From assembly GCA_028534125.1 (NCBI GenBank), contig CM052817.1:75084001-75148000 (forward strand): 64,000 nt of DNA, in the 5' to 3' direction. The DNA comes from Lama glama (lineage: Eukaryota). Of this stretch, positions 50,491-63,445 are shown one piece after another. Position numbers and translations under genes: made by a program. The first letter of the stretch is position 1; each line of letters begins with the position of its first letter. The notes below the pieces were generated by a model. The model saw only the letters and a program-made list of their open reading frames with translations. It searched no databases and was not told the DNA's origin.

Positions 50491-52459
50491 AAACTCCCTC
50501 TGAATGGTGCTGAGGCCAGCAGAGAGATGCCCACATTGTAAAGACAGACATCCAGTTTTACACATTTTTCTTAACTCTATTCTCACTGATTTGCATTTTT
50601 CAGGTATCATTCATGAACTCTGACTGACCTGAGAAAAAAGAAATGCCGCTGCTTTCAGTTGACAACTGATACAGTCTCTTGGCATTTTCAATCTGAACTA
50701 GAGGAGGGTGTAATTTCTCAAACTGCTTGTGGGAGTTTAAACCTGAAGTCTTCGGAGAAAAGAGAAAGCAGCTCCACTGGTCATAAAAAATTCCGAACGG
50801 TAAAATATTTATTATTGATATTTTCAGGTCCCTACTGGATATCACTACACTACAGAGGTAACAAAGAAATGCAAAGACCTGTGGCACAAATATGTGGACT
50901 ACGTTAATTCTTTCCATAGAAAATATTTAGAGTGATTTATCTTCTGCCTCTAACTGCCACAGAGCCCTATACAATTTTGTTAACTAGAACATTCATGGCT
51001 CTGTTCTGCAAAATACCTTTATTGGGTGATTCAAATCATCACACTCTCACGGTAAAGCTAAATATTATTTCTGACATATAAGTGAGTTGACAGAAAACAA
51101 AATATTTTGAAGCATTCTGATTTTTCGTTTTTTTTTTTTTTTGATCTTTCTGTGTTTTCACGGGGAGATGTAAAAGCTTCAATCAAATGCCACTAATCAT
51201 ATGCTATTTCAAACTGGAGTACTTACTGGCATCTCTTGACTAAAACAAAAGTGACTTCACCCAAGAGAATAAACTAGCATGTGACACTGCATCACTAGAT
51301 GCCTCTTTATTCAAAGGTGTAGACTCCAATTGCATGTTGTTTACAGAGTATTATAAGACAAAACAAAGGAGCTCAGAAAGTTTTCTATTTATTTCATATA
51401 TGCAGAAAAATGTTCAGCCACAGAAGATGGCATCAACATTTCACTTGCAGATAAGAATTTAGAACATAGATTCTGCAAGGCAAAATTCACCTTGAGAACA
51501 TGTGGTTCAGAATCAATTACAATGAAGCCCAGGTCTCTCAGTGCAGATGAAAACACCCAGCAGCTGGTGGTCATGATATTCTGGATTAGTGAGATACCTG
51601 AACTGTCTTTGGATGACAACAGAGTGATGGCTCAAGGCACTGTAGGATTTCCACCATTACTCACAAACTGTCCTAACAGTTTTAGAAAACTCTCAAATGC
51701 AAATAACACTTAGAGCTTCTACAGCATTTTCTCACAAGTTGTTGACACTAATATATTTATAAAGGTAAAATAATTATAGCTCATGTTTCTAGAAATGCAG
51801 TTCCATGCCATTAGAACAATTTGACTTCAGGAAAATATCAGTGAATTCCCTGCTCTATTTTCTAGGTAAAACAAAATGCTTAAGGTGTATTCAATGTCTT
51901 ATGATATGTCTTTGCATTATAAAACTAGAAATTCACCCTTTGTCTTAAAGGAGGGAAATGAAAATATTGACTTCCATTCAAACAAATCTCTCTCCATATA
52001 TATCTATACATCAGCTATATAGATAGGTGGCCATATTATATGTATATATGTGTGGGTGTGTGTGTGTATATATATATGCAAGAACATAAACTAACAAGTG
52101 GCATTGCATAGAAAATTAATTAATGAGTGATGCTGCATCTCTCAATAGGCTCAATAAAGAGGATGGTAAAACTGTGAAAACTATGACTACTCTGAGAAGT
52201 GAAATTAATCAGCACTAATGTTTACTGGCTAGAGTCCTCAGTATTCTTCCTAAACAGAAGATCTTTGTAAACCTTAATCCTTTCTAACCTTATCATCACT
52301 GATGATGCAACTTCTGGTAGAATAAACAATCATCTCTCACCTAAGACTGTCAAAACTCTTTTATTTGGAAATACTGGAGGTCCAATAACTTTATATCCTC
52401 ATGTAAAAGGATTCCCCAAAATCTGTCACATTTTTCATAACTTAGCACATTCACTCCTT

Positions 52460-52768
52460 TTTCCCTCCATTTGAAAAAAATTGAAGTAGAGTTGATATAT
52501 AATATTATATAAGTTACAGATGTACAATATAGCGATCTATACTTTTTAAAGTTTATGTGCTATTTATAGTTATTATGAAATACTAGTCATAGTCTCTGTG
52601 CTTTACAATATATCCTTGTAGCTTATTTTATACAGAATAGTTTGTACCTCTTACTCTCATCCCTATATTACCCTTACCTGCCTCCTCCCTCTCCCCACTG
52701 GTAACCACTAAGTTGTTCTCTATATCTGAGTCTGCTTCTTTTTTTGTTATATTCACTAGCTAGATATA
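52460..52768 (-). mobile_element. 5'-truncated cetartiodactyl-type L1 3' end with TSD
   Basis: ttgaagtagagttgat...ctctccccactggtaaccactaagttgttctctatatctg. 17-bp TSD TAGCACATTCAYTCYTT at 52443-52459 and 52769-52785 (2 mismatches). Confidence 0.88.
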
Positions 52769-53329
52769 TAGCACATTCATTCTTTCAGTAGGCTTTTAGT
52801 AAATACACATTATCTACTACGAACCAAGTAAGGATTAGATGCAGTTAAAATATTGGGTAAGATGCGTATTCACCTTCAGGGAATTTACAGTCCAGTACAC
52901 CTATAGCACTGATTTCAGTGTCAGGCAGAACCTAATTACAATATTTGCCTCAACACTTACTTCAATATACGGTCCAGAGATGATGTGAAGAGAAATTAGA
53001 TAATATTTGTAATTTTTATTGCACTGCAAGGTACAAGTCAATAATTCAGATCTTTAAATATAATATTCAATAATAGAATACAAATTATGTCACTAAAGGA
53101 ACAACCTCAAAAATTTCTTAGATATTTTTCTAATAAATTATAAAACAAATATTGTAATTATTTCTTTGCCTGTATTTATTTTGTTGTCATCTTAAATAAA
53201 TTACAATAGCAAAATGAACAATAACTTTTCTCTAACCACAAAAGTTGTCCATTGAATTAATTTGTATTTTAAACCTATTTTTTAACACATATTTGGCTTT
53301 GTGAAAAGACATTCTTTACAAGTTAAAAT

Positions 53330-53900
53330 TATACTAAAATTGTACTAAAAAGGAAGGGTATTTTAAAGCAAACTCAAAACAAAAAATAAACATAAAAGTG
53401 TATACATCATCAGAATTCAGTTTTACAAATTTTTAGGAAGCAAATCCTACTCACGTAACCAGAACACAGACCAAGAAAGAAAACAGTATCAGCAATACAG
53501 AAGTTCCCTCTTGTATACTTTTCTACCCTTTTTGAACTATATATATAGAATCATGCAGCAAAATGCTCTTTGGTGTCCGGCTTCTTTCACTTGATATTAT
53601 GTATCTAGCAGTAGTTTATTCATTTTCTCATTATTATGAAGACATTTTTTGCATAACTATAACACAATTTGTTTCTGTATTCTAACGTTGGATATATGGT
53701 TGATGCCAGATTTTGATTCTAATTAGTTGTGTTGCTGTAAACATTCTTGTGGTGTTTTTTGCTGAAAATATGGCTGCGTATCTGTTCAGAATCAGATAAA
53801 CTCTTTTGAGTTTGTGTGTCTCAATATTACACTTGTGAGCTCCATCACATCATTGTTCATAGTAGTAGTCCATTCATTCTCCTTAACTGGTAATGTCTGA
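53330..53900 (-). mobile_element. L1ME/MB-like 3' UTR fragments
   Basis: cgtaaccagaacacagaccaag, gaatcatgcag...ggcttctttcact and gtagtttattcatt motifs. Confidence 0.6.
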
Positions 53901-54994
53901 GTACTTTGTTTTGATATGTTTTTTTCTTGCTGGTTTCCTTGGAGTCGCACATTTTTCTGACTTAGGTTGAATTTGCCTAGAATGATGTTTGCCCCAGAGA
54001 ATGTCTGTTAATAGCCTACTTATTCTTTGCCTCTTTCCTGTCACCCTGAAACAGCTCCCTTAGTCAGTCAGTTTAACACTTGGCAATCAATGCTTAGCGG
54101 CCCAGAACAATGATCTCTTACTGCTTTCATCATGTGAAATCCTGAGAAAAGACTCACTATATACAAACAGTTATAACTCTTCTAGCATTTTTTAATTAAG
54201 TAGCCATTGACTTTATGGTTATGTTATTTCCTTTTCCTTTTGAAATCCTTTATAATTCAGCAAAGTCAATGCCTAATTTACTAAAACCTTCACTTTTTAG
54301 TACTCTCTTATCTCACACTTGAATTGTCTTCTCGTGTTTCTAGAAACTTAGAAAGTTATGGGAAAAAGAACTTGCCTAGACTTGTTTAAAATAAAAGTTT
54401 ATGTAAAACTGGGGAAAGAATTACTCAGTTATATCGATCCTATCAGGTGGCTCTGAGCTTCTCACCAGCAAGCTGCATGCTAGGTGCTTCTTCAAATATT
54501 GTTGGCGTTATCTGTATTTTAAACAATCAGCCAAGTCACTTATACTTTATCTTATCTTGATTTTTAATTTCTGACACTATGTAAAGCTGTTTTTCTCTTC
54601 TTCACTTAAATAACATTTTACTGCTTAAGTACTATATATATTTCTAATTATAGTTTTTCTACTATTAATACATAATTTCAACATTCCTGAGAGAATTTTG
54701 CCAATAGTAGTGTTAAAAGTAAGGCTTTAAGAAATAGTAATTTAAGTATGAGACTTTCAAAAACACATACAAAAGCAAGTTATCTTAAGTTACTATTTTT
54801 TAGACTAGGTTGAAAACAAACTATGACAGTTGCCTGATATTGATATTTATTTCCCTGTTTGCCCAATTCTTTTTTGGAAAACAATTCTTGACATGGTGGA
54901 TTGGTATATTTTAATTCTGGGAGGGAAAATAGCAGGAAGGACATTTGGGAATAATGAATTACTACTAAATTATTTTTGAGGATATTATATGAAC

Positions 54995-55494
54995 TGTCAA
55001 AGAAAAACTGCACAAGTTAAACAGGCAAGGGAGAGTTTATTCAAGACTATTGCAATAAAGGTCAAGACTACTGTAATGGGAAGAGATATTATACACAACG
55101 CCACTGAAACAAAAGGCAAGAGGATTTTTAAGGAATTGTGTGAGCTAATGGAAAAGTACTGGAGGACATTAGGTCTGGAGGTTGGTCCATGTGATTAGGT
55201 CATCTGTTGTTTGCCAATTGCCTTAACAAAGTTAAAGTCTTATCCTCCCACAAAGACTGGAAGATAGCAGCCCTATTTTCTTGATGATTACATTTCTAAG
55301 GGATGATTTCCAGGTCTTTGAGAAAGACATCTTTGGTTTGTGGAAGATTTCTATTTCATGGGACAGAGGAAGAATTTTCCATGGCAAGTTTTCTAAAGTA
55401 AATGCTCTAAGAAAAGGGAGGTCAGGGGACTATAGTCAGGAAGAATACTAGCCGAAGTTCATTCAGGTTGGGAATGTTAAGGCTCTCTTGGTCA
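54995..55494 (-). mobile_element. ERV1 solo LTR, MER67-like
   Basis: TG...CA termini. Minus strand starts TGACCAAGAGAGCCTTAACATTCCC and contains CCTGACCTCCCTTTTCTTAGAGCATTTACTTTAGAAAACTTGC as in recalled MER67. Minus-strand AATAAA near 55035. Confidence 0.8.
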
Positions 55495-56733
55495 ATACAA
55501 AATATTTATTTTCATACAAAAAAAATCATGTATAGAGTTTCTTTGTATTTTTAATCCAGTAACATGTTTCTCAGAAACAAACAAACAACTAACTAACCTT
55601 GTTCTGGTTTGACTATGAGGATTGACCTTTACTCTGATTCCTGCTAAGGCAGAGTTATAAAAACACATAAGAAAATATTATATAGGGCATAGTTAATATC
55701 CAAAGACATATCCATATAATTCCAATATAAATATACATTAATTTGCTGGAATAACTTTTTTCAAGAATTCCAAATTCAATCTTAGTATCAACTACTTTCA
55801 CTATCTTACGTTCTTGAAATGAGTTGAATTATCTTGTAGCTTTATAAGCTAGAGCTGATAAGTTTAATTTCTTCTGACTATAAATGAAACCCAAAAGCAA
55901 TGACTCCCTCTGGAACATAGATAATTTTCAAGTTGCTGTAATTTAGTGTTATAGTCAAATAGTTAACAAGAAAACGAAATATTTCAGCTTCTTTGCCTGA
56001 TGTGCAATGAGTATATTTAATAATTTTAAAACAATGCAATTTTATCGTCACAGAAGAAAACTTGAAAAAAATCTTAAAATTATCTTTTGAATGTTAATTG
56101 CTCACTGTTCAAACGTCTGTTGACAGTGTTTTGTACAGGTTTATATACATGACCACTTCCTCTTTTGTTCTTAGTCATGAATTTCCTGTTTCCTATATAT
56201 GCTGTCCTTACTTAAACACTTTCTCCCTCTGCCTGTCAAACTGCTACTCTAATTTTCACATTGCTGCATACAATAAGTAAATGATGTGAAACACAAATTC
56301 TATTAAAACTTATTTCGCATAAAATTTATATCATAAATAAATGCAAAAGAAGCAGTTTTTAAATGATTTTTCCACAGCTATACTACTTCAAAGGTAAAAT
56401 AATTTGTTTTCTTCATTGATAAATCAAAATAAAGTAGACCACAGACTACTGACTTTTTTTTAATCAATTTGACCTGCGATGCTAAATTGTCTCTCATTTT
56501 ACAATGTTTTAAATATTTGCTTTCTAAACTTTTAACCAAATATGAATAAGTTTTGAGAACAAATGCATAAACATAGATGACACCCTTTTGGCTTTCACAA
56601 GATGTTAATGTAAGAGCTAGTCATTATTTTTAAACAAAAACAAACAAAACAAAATAATAAACTTTATTTGTGGAATTATTTTAAGAGTTTTGTTTTTGGA
56701 ACTATACATGATTTTCTGATTTCCATATCTTTT

Positions 56734-56873
56734 CCCCATTTTTTTTTTTTTGCAAGGGGAGATAATTAGGTTTACTTATTTATTTATGTTTTTCCTGTAG
56801 GTACGGGAGATTGAACCCAGGACCCTGTGCATGCTAGGCATGCATTTTACCACTTGAGCTATACCCTCCCAGC
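56734..56873 (-). mobile_element. tRNA-derived SINE, camelid Vic-1 type
   Basis: Minus strand GGGAGGGTATAGCTCAAGTGG (A box), GGGTTCAATCTCC (B box), AAATAAGTAAACCTAATTATCTCCCC and poly(A). TSD TCCATAT(AT)CTTTT at 56722-56733 and 56874-56887. Confidence 0.88.
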
Positions 56874-57289
56874 TCCATATATCTTTTATAAGCATGATTT
56901 TATAAACATACTGAGTTAGATTTAAAATATATATATATATCCATTATTTATCCTTTATTGTTTTATTCTAACTTAGAGTCTGATAATCTTACTAAACTAG
57001 AGCAACCACGTGAGCCAGAGTGACATCATAACAGAAGAAGGCCTGAGTTGGTTTTTCAGTCTACAGACTCTATGACAAATGAGCAGTTTCAGTTCTCAGA
57101 GTTTTTCTCTGTGTTCTATGGAAGCCATAAAAGGAAGAAAGGGGAAGCAATGTATGAAACTGGAATGTTGTCAGAGGGGAAGTAATTTGAAATTCTTTAG
57201 TGCAGAGAATGTGAGGGTAAGTGATCCTAGCGTGAATCTTTCTCACATGTGCTAACATTGCATTTTCTGTTTTTCTGCTCCCTGCATTC

Positions 57290-57717
57290 TAGAATACTGC
57301 TAAGATGTCTGGTTAGTTGTTGGACAAATAGCTGTGGTTTCACCCTCCTTGACACTCTGCTAGACTCATTTCTCAGACATTCTACTGCCAGTTGGGAACT
57401 GTGGCTGGTGCACCTTTAGTAGAAGTGGTGGACATCAGTTCCAGGTCTAATTCTCAGACATGTACAATCTCTCACATAATCTCCCAAATTCTCTAACTTT
57501 CCTCGTATACTGATGAGATAAAGATAATGTAGTGGATTATTCCAAGGTCTTTAAGAAGCCACGTAAGGGTGGGGTATTGATCTCTGAATAATTCTGTGAA
57601 GCTGAATCTTCCAAAAGCCAGCTGCCTTTAAGCCCCATGGTGAGTGAGGAATAAACTCTGACTACATTAAATCACTGAGATGTTGGAGGTGGGTTTTTAA
57701 ATAGTATGACTAACACA
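57290..57717 (+). mobile_element. MaLR MLT1 LTR
   Basis: gtgagtgaggaataaactctg...taaatcactgagatgttgg...tgactaacaCA terminus. Confidence 0.65.
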
Positions 57718-58231
57718 GATATATCTTCACAGAGTAAAATCTAGATTACAATCTTTGCCAGACTGTTTCACCCACTGGGCTCAGTCAAAATGTTTTGACA
57801 CTTGTTTCATGTCATCCTTAACCAGCTTCTTCTCTGCATTCTGTTTGCAGTTGCTCACGGTGTTAATATTTAAATATCCACAGCCTGTGCCCTCTTATAT
57901 GAGTAACGTGAGCCACAAATCAAATGATTCTTGGACTTTCCCCTTAAGGGATATAAATTACAATGGCAACAATAAGACATAATGTATGAATGCAAAAATA
58001 ACAAAATGTAAGGGACTGAATGTGAACAGAGTTAAATGCCAAGGTAAATGTTAGTGCTACATAAAGTTCTTTATTTCAGACAAAAACCGTTTATAAAAAT
58101 GGATACTAATGGACCATCCCTCTTAAATAATTTATTTAAATAGACATTTTAATTTAGCTGAGCATAAAGGTATAGTTTTCAGGTGTCAACTGAATTAAAT
58201 TTGTCAGTTTGCTCTCAAAATCAGTTTAGTG

Positions 58232-58540
58232 CAGCACTGACCAACAGATAAGTAACACGAACCTCATATGCAATCGTAAAAGTTCTAGTAAGCACATTAA
58301 AAATAGACACAGGTAAAATTAAATGTAACACATTTTATTTAAGCCCATATATCCAAAATAGTATTTATATTATATAATCAACACAGAAATATTAGTGAGT
58401 TTCTTCACAATTTTTCTTTATCCTAAGCCTTCAAATTTTACTGTGTATTTTATAGTTATGGCACATCTCAGCTTGGGCAAGACACAATTCAAGTACTCAT
58501 TAACTACAGGTGGCTAGTGCCTACAATATTGGACAGCATG
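58232..58540. mobile_element. MER33-like hAT-Charlie MITE
   Basis: TIRs cagcactgaccaa and attggacagcatg. Colinear with the recalled MER33 consensus over about 310 bp. Confidence 0.85.
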
Positions 58541-58671
58541 AAAAAGAAAGTCTACTTTCTTTTAATATTTTCATCAAACTCACAAAATGGCTATTTAACT
58601 AAAATTACATGGATGCCAAGATACCCTCTATAAGTGTACCTGAACAAACTTTTTGAATTTAATCTTTCCAT

Positions 58672-58856
58672 TATAGCAGAATGATACAGAGGCAGGAACA
58701 CTGGATTAAGGGTCTAGAATCACAGGCTAAAGTTCCTACAGACTAGCTATAGGACCTTGAGTGAGTCACATAAACTCTTGGGTCTTGTTCCCTCATGTAT
58801 ACAAGAAAGGTTTTAGGTTTTATGATTTATAAACTAGTTTTAATTCTAAAATTCTG
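58672..58856 (+). mobile_element. MIR/MIR3 SINE
   Basis: actagctataggaccttgagtgagtcac core and attctaaaattctgt tail. Confidence 0.6.
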
Positions 58857-60659
58857 TCGATCTACACAGACCAAATAAATAGATGGGGGGAGGGTATAAA
58901 ATGTTATTAACGTGAGAAATAGGTAATCATGACTTTGGAAGATCAATGGCTATGCTTACTATACATAGCTATTGCATCTCCTTTGTGTAGGGTCACATAA
59001 AAATCACATAAACATATGCAGTTAATTTGATATAAAGCATCAGAATAGCCTGAATATAAACATTTAACAAAAATTATGTGGATTATCTCATTTAAGATTT
59101 GAGGTGTATCTTAGCCATTTAAAACTTCTACTGAGCCATTACATCTAATTCAGAAGTGCAGTTTTTTCTTCCAAAAAGGTCAGGTACAACGAAATAAGCA
59201 ACATGTAGTAGAGAAAAACGATGTATTAAACATGCTGCAGTCTTCCTAGACACATACATTAACCTGTCTGGCTGAAGGTATTTGCTAATTCATTTAGCCC
59301 AAAACATTGTCTTGAAAACTCACAGCTGGTTACAAATCCAATCTTTTACAAAGCTATATACCCTCAGGCCGCTCAAAGAAATATTCAAGTTCAACTTCAA
59401 CTGCAACGGGAAGTTAATCATTAAGTTAACTCCCTGATTTTCTTACACAATCGAGTCAATCATATTGAATTTGCCCTTTAACATTTTGGCTTTTTTTCCT
59501 GCCAAAAGGGATTTGGCCCTACAAAGAGAGAGAGAGAGGGAAAAAAAACTGTATTGATATAACAATTACAAGTACAGGAATATTTGCTTTGCAACCATTG
59601 AGTTTATCACTCTGTTACTAATGACCCAATGTGCTTGGTTTCAGATTTCAGAAAAAAAAATTAATGCTCCCTTAATTTTTATGGCAGTGTAGGTGTCTGC
59701 ATACATCCAGTAAGAATCTGTTGCTACCACTTATTTAATAAGTGCCAACTGTAGTACCAAGACATACTTGGTGTCATATTTGAGACTAAATCTCATTGAA
59801 TCAGAAACAAAAACCCTTCCATTAAATAAAAGGGGTTGTGTTATATGAAAAGGAAATGTTTAAAAAAAAATCCAGAAAAACTGGCCTGCTACCTGTTTTA
59901 TACCTAAAGGACTTCAGTATCACTTCCTGGCAAGCCAAAAACCTCAGTATATTTTGGGATCTTCAAGTAGACAGAATTTTCCCAAAATCAAAAAGTACTG
60001 CTATTGAAGTAACAGAAGCTCTTAGAAGGTCCAATCCTGTATTCCTTAATGAAAGCTCAGGGCAAAAGTTAATTCTATGGCCTCAGCAGTTGCTCAATAA
60101 TTTGTGTCCAAGGAGGTTTGCATAGTTAATACTTTCCGTTGTAAACATTCAGAACAGAACAAAACGAGACTAGCCTCCTGTTAAACTAAGTACTGTTTAA
60201 GAGTATTATCAAAATGGAGAAACTAGTAAGAAAAAAATACAAAAACCTATAAAAAATAAAAAGTATATGGCAGCTTTAACAAGCCAATCTGAAAATTATT
60301 AATTTCTTTAGGAGAACCTACCTGTTACTTGCTATTTGATTAGACCCAGTCACTGTATAGTTTCACGTTGATTTATACATTTCTTTTGGGTAGAAAAGGT
60401 AACTGCAAGGACTATGAACATTAACTAGGTTTGTATCTGACGTAGCAACCATTTTATAATTCTTTTTAAATGACTTTCACAATGGACATATTCTGGTTCT
60501 TTAAATGCTTGTGCAGTCACTGTCTTACTAGTTCATTAATCAATCAGTTGAATAAAATAATAAACATACACATTCTATTACTGTATGAGAATCACATTTT
60601 TAACAACTGAAAATGATACTTTAACACTTAAAACTATCTTGGAAACTAAATTATTCATG

Positions 60660-61082
60660 TAACTCAGTTATCTTAGAAACTGCCACTAGGAGTCAGACCA
60701 TTCGTCTAAACAGTTTAGCCATTTGGGCAAATACTTCTCCCATCAGCACAACAGATTGTTCACCTACATAAACAGACAAATTCTTACATATTAAGACTTG
60801 CTCACTTCATTACATCACAAACTTCAGCCAAGATCAAATGGTCCTCTGCTTTGAGCTTAGATTGTAAAATCCTAGAAACATACTCTCCTGATTTCCCTCC
60901 TCCGACCCTACAAAACCACCGGAGCCCAGATTCCCAGACTTTACATACTCTCCTAGCCATTCCCTTCTCCAAAACCACAAAGATTCTTCCAAGATGTATT
61001 CTCCCATAATAAAAGGTCTAATAAACTTAGCTAAACTTGAGCAACAGGTTATCTTGGTGGTCTTTTGAAAAGGGAATTGACA
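60660..61082 (+). mobile_element. ERV1 LTR, MER90/MER110-like
   Basis: aataaacttagc...acaggttatcttggtggtctttt...attgaCA terminus. 5' boundary approximate. Confidence 0.6.
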
Positions 61083-62240
61083 GTCGAATTTGGGCCATGG
61101 ACCTGGCTTTGAGTTATTCTGAAGAGTTTTTGTGTTTATGAGGATATACTAATTTGTGGGTGGAGAGCACCACTTTATCAGATGATAAAAGTGTTCTGCA
61201 TCTCAAAAGTGTAAGGTCTGCTCTTAGAAGATATACTTTATGGATTATTTTAATGATAATTAAAAGGTTCTAGATCTGCCTCACTGTTATACCTACAGAA
61301 GCTAAGTTCTTTAGACAGGTGGAGAGAACATTTGTTATGTAGCTTTTTCCAGGCATGGCAATATATTCAGTTCTTTTAAAATTTCAGTAAAGTCTCCTCA
61401 CTGGGTACCTGTGTGTAAAAACCAAGACCATGGCTGCTCTTATTGCTTAATTGTACTCTAAATATTAGGCACCTTAATATTACATTCTATAATAGATGGT
61501 TTCTTGGAATAGATCCTACCATTTTTTCCCTATGCAAAATGGTCAAAAAGAAGGATTCCAAAAATAATGAAAAGAAATCTGTAAGAAAACTTAGAGGAGA
61601 CATGATATCAAGAGAGGTAACAACATGGCAAGCCATTCTTATTTTCATTATAATACACTTTCCCTTTGTTTATCCACTGATTTTACCTTAGAGGACTATT
61701 CATATAAAACAAATAATAAAATTATAAAAAATACAAGTAGTATAAGGAAACTTTGTCTTGAAGAGAACACTATTTAAGCATGGTTCTTTGTATTTTTGAT
61801 GCTTGTTTTTGTCCCCAGTAATTGTAATAAATAATTCCTAAATTAACAAAATGAATAAAAACCTACTTTATTGCCCCACAAATGATCTCATGGCCAGAAT
61901 TATGCCTTTCTTCCCAGAAAGTATAAAACTTTAAAGCTATATATTAAATACAGTGGATTCTTCTGTGTAGCTTTTCCTACTGGATGGATGTAGATGAAGA
62001 TAAATACGGACTCACTGGCTCCTCCTGGGTGAGAGTCAGATCAACTGGCCTCCTCACCAAATCTTCAGAAGGACAGGTGAGATTAGAAAACATTTATTGC
62101 ATTGGTTCTGAGAAAAAGGTCAACACAGATCAAAATAGTTTTCTGACTACCAGATCTGACTGGTGACTCCTTCACAAACTCCTTTTCAAACTCTTGACCA
62201 ACTCTATTCATCAAATTTATGTTTGCCTCTTTCTGCTCCC

Positions 62241-62412
62241 TTGCCAGCTTCAGGGGCATGTGAACTGTGCCATTACACAGAGCCCTGAGCTCAGAGTGGA
62301 TTCATGTTTAGTTTATGCTCTGCTGTCACCATACTGAAAGTCAACATTTTTGAACAAGGGGTCCCACATTTTCATTTTGCACCGGGTCCTGAAAATTATG
62401 TAGCTGGTCCTA
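62241..62412 (+). mobile_element. MER45A-like hAT-Tip100 MITE
   Basis: tttttgaacaaggggtcccacattttcattttgcaccgggtcctgaaaattatgtagctggtcct matches the recalled MER45A 3' half. Confidence 0.85.
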
Positions 62413-63229
62413 CGGTTTTATGAAAAAAGGGGTCATCTCTCACAGAATTTCTTCTTAAAGCTAAGGGAAATTATAATTATTAACTCAATCACTATATCTT
62501 CCTTAAGAAGAAACCATTCTAAATTCTAAAAATCAAAATATTCATAAGATTAGATCTTTGTGTTTTATTGCAGAGCATAAACTAAATATGCATATGTAAA
62601 ATAGTATATAATGAGTATATATAAACATACACACAATAGCTTAACCTAAACAAATTCAGCAAGCTTTAATTTGACTTTTCTACAAAATGAGGGAAAGAGA
62701 AATTCCTTTCTTAAAAGTAAATTCTCCATGTGGCTATCAATTAAAATATATTTATTTTTTTTTTTTAATATAAGGTCGGTAAAACTTCAACATATCACAG
62801 TACGGTGGGTCCAAAAGATCATGATCTTAACCTTCAGGGATATGCTACTCTGAGATTAATGAAATGGCCTAAGTATCCTATTATAGACAACAGCTGACTT
62901 TGCCAGCTCATTCTCTCCTGCCCCTACTGTGTTTTGGTGCAGCTAGTTGCCCTTTTTCATTCTGGATTAAATTACTAATTTCCATTGTTCATTCTCCATC
63001 ATCCTCAGTTTCCTCTTCTTGTCTGTCTGGTCTACCTTCGCTCAAATGAAAGAAGGCAAGAACTCTAGCCCTCCTCTTCCTGAGACAGGGTAGAGGACTA
63101 GAGGCAGGTATCACAAATACAAAATTTATCGTATTTAAATTTTTTTGTTATCCTAGGTAGATTTTTCACAGGTCTTTATTGTTTTAAACTTCAATAACTG
63201 ATAGAAACACTCTTTATTTAGACATGTGA

Positions 63230-63445
63230 CTAGATAAGCCTTTACCTAGATATGTCACCGAGGCCTGACTTTGTTCCTTTCTCCCTTCAGGTCAAATGTC
63301 CCTTTCAGTGATGCCTTCCTCAAGCATCCTAATTTAAATTGGCCCCATCACCACAAAAAATCTTTCCTATACCCCCTTTGCCTTTGCTCTTCATTCCACT
63401 TATTATCTCTCATACTACACATTTTTATTTATGTATGTTGGTTTT
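63230..63445 (+). mobile_element. L2 LINE fragment
   Basis: cccttcaggtcaaatgtccctttcagtgatgccttcc...ctaatttaaatt L2 motif. Confidence 0.6.

Noticed and set aside
51357..51713. 118-codon stop-free plus-strand frame overlapping a minus-strand ORF
   Set aside because: No recognisable domain or convincing start or donor site. A few frames this long are expected by chance in 64 kb over six frames. A tblastn or PhyloCSF check would settle it.
56800..56870. tRNA-Ala-like sequence as a tRNA gene
   Set aside because: It continues into a SINE body, poly(A) and TSDs, so it is a SINE head.
58884..58900. GGGGGGAGGGTATA resembling a Vic-1 SINE start
   Set aside because: No A box, B box or tail follows.
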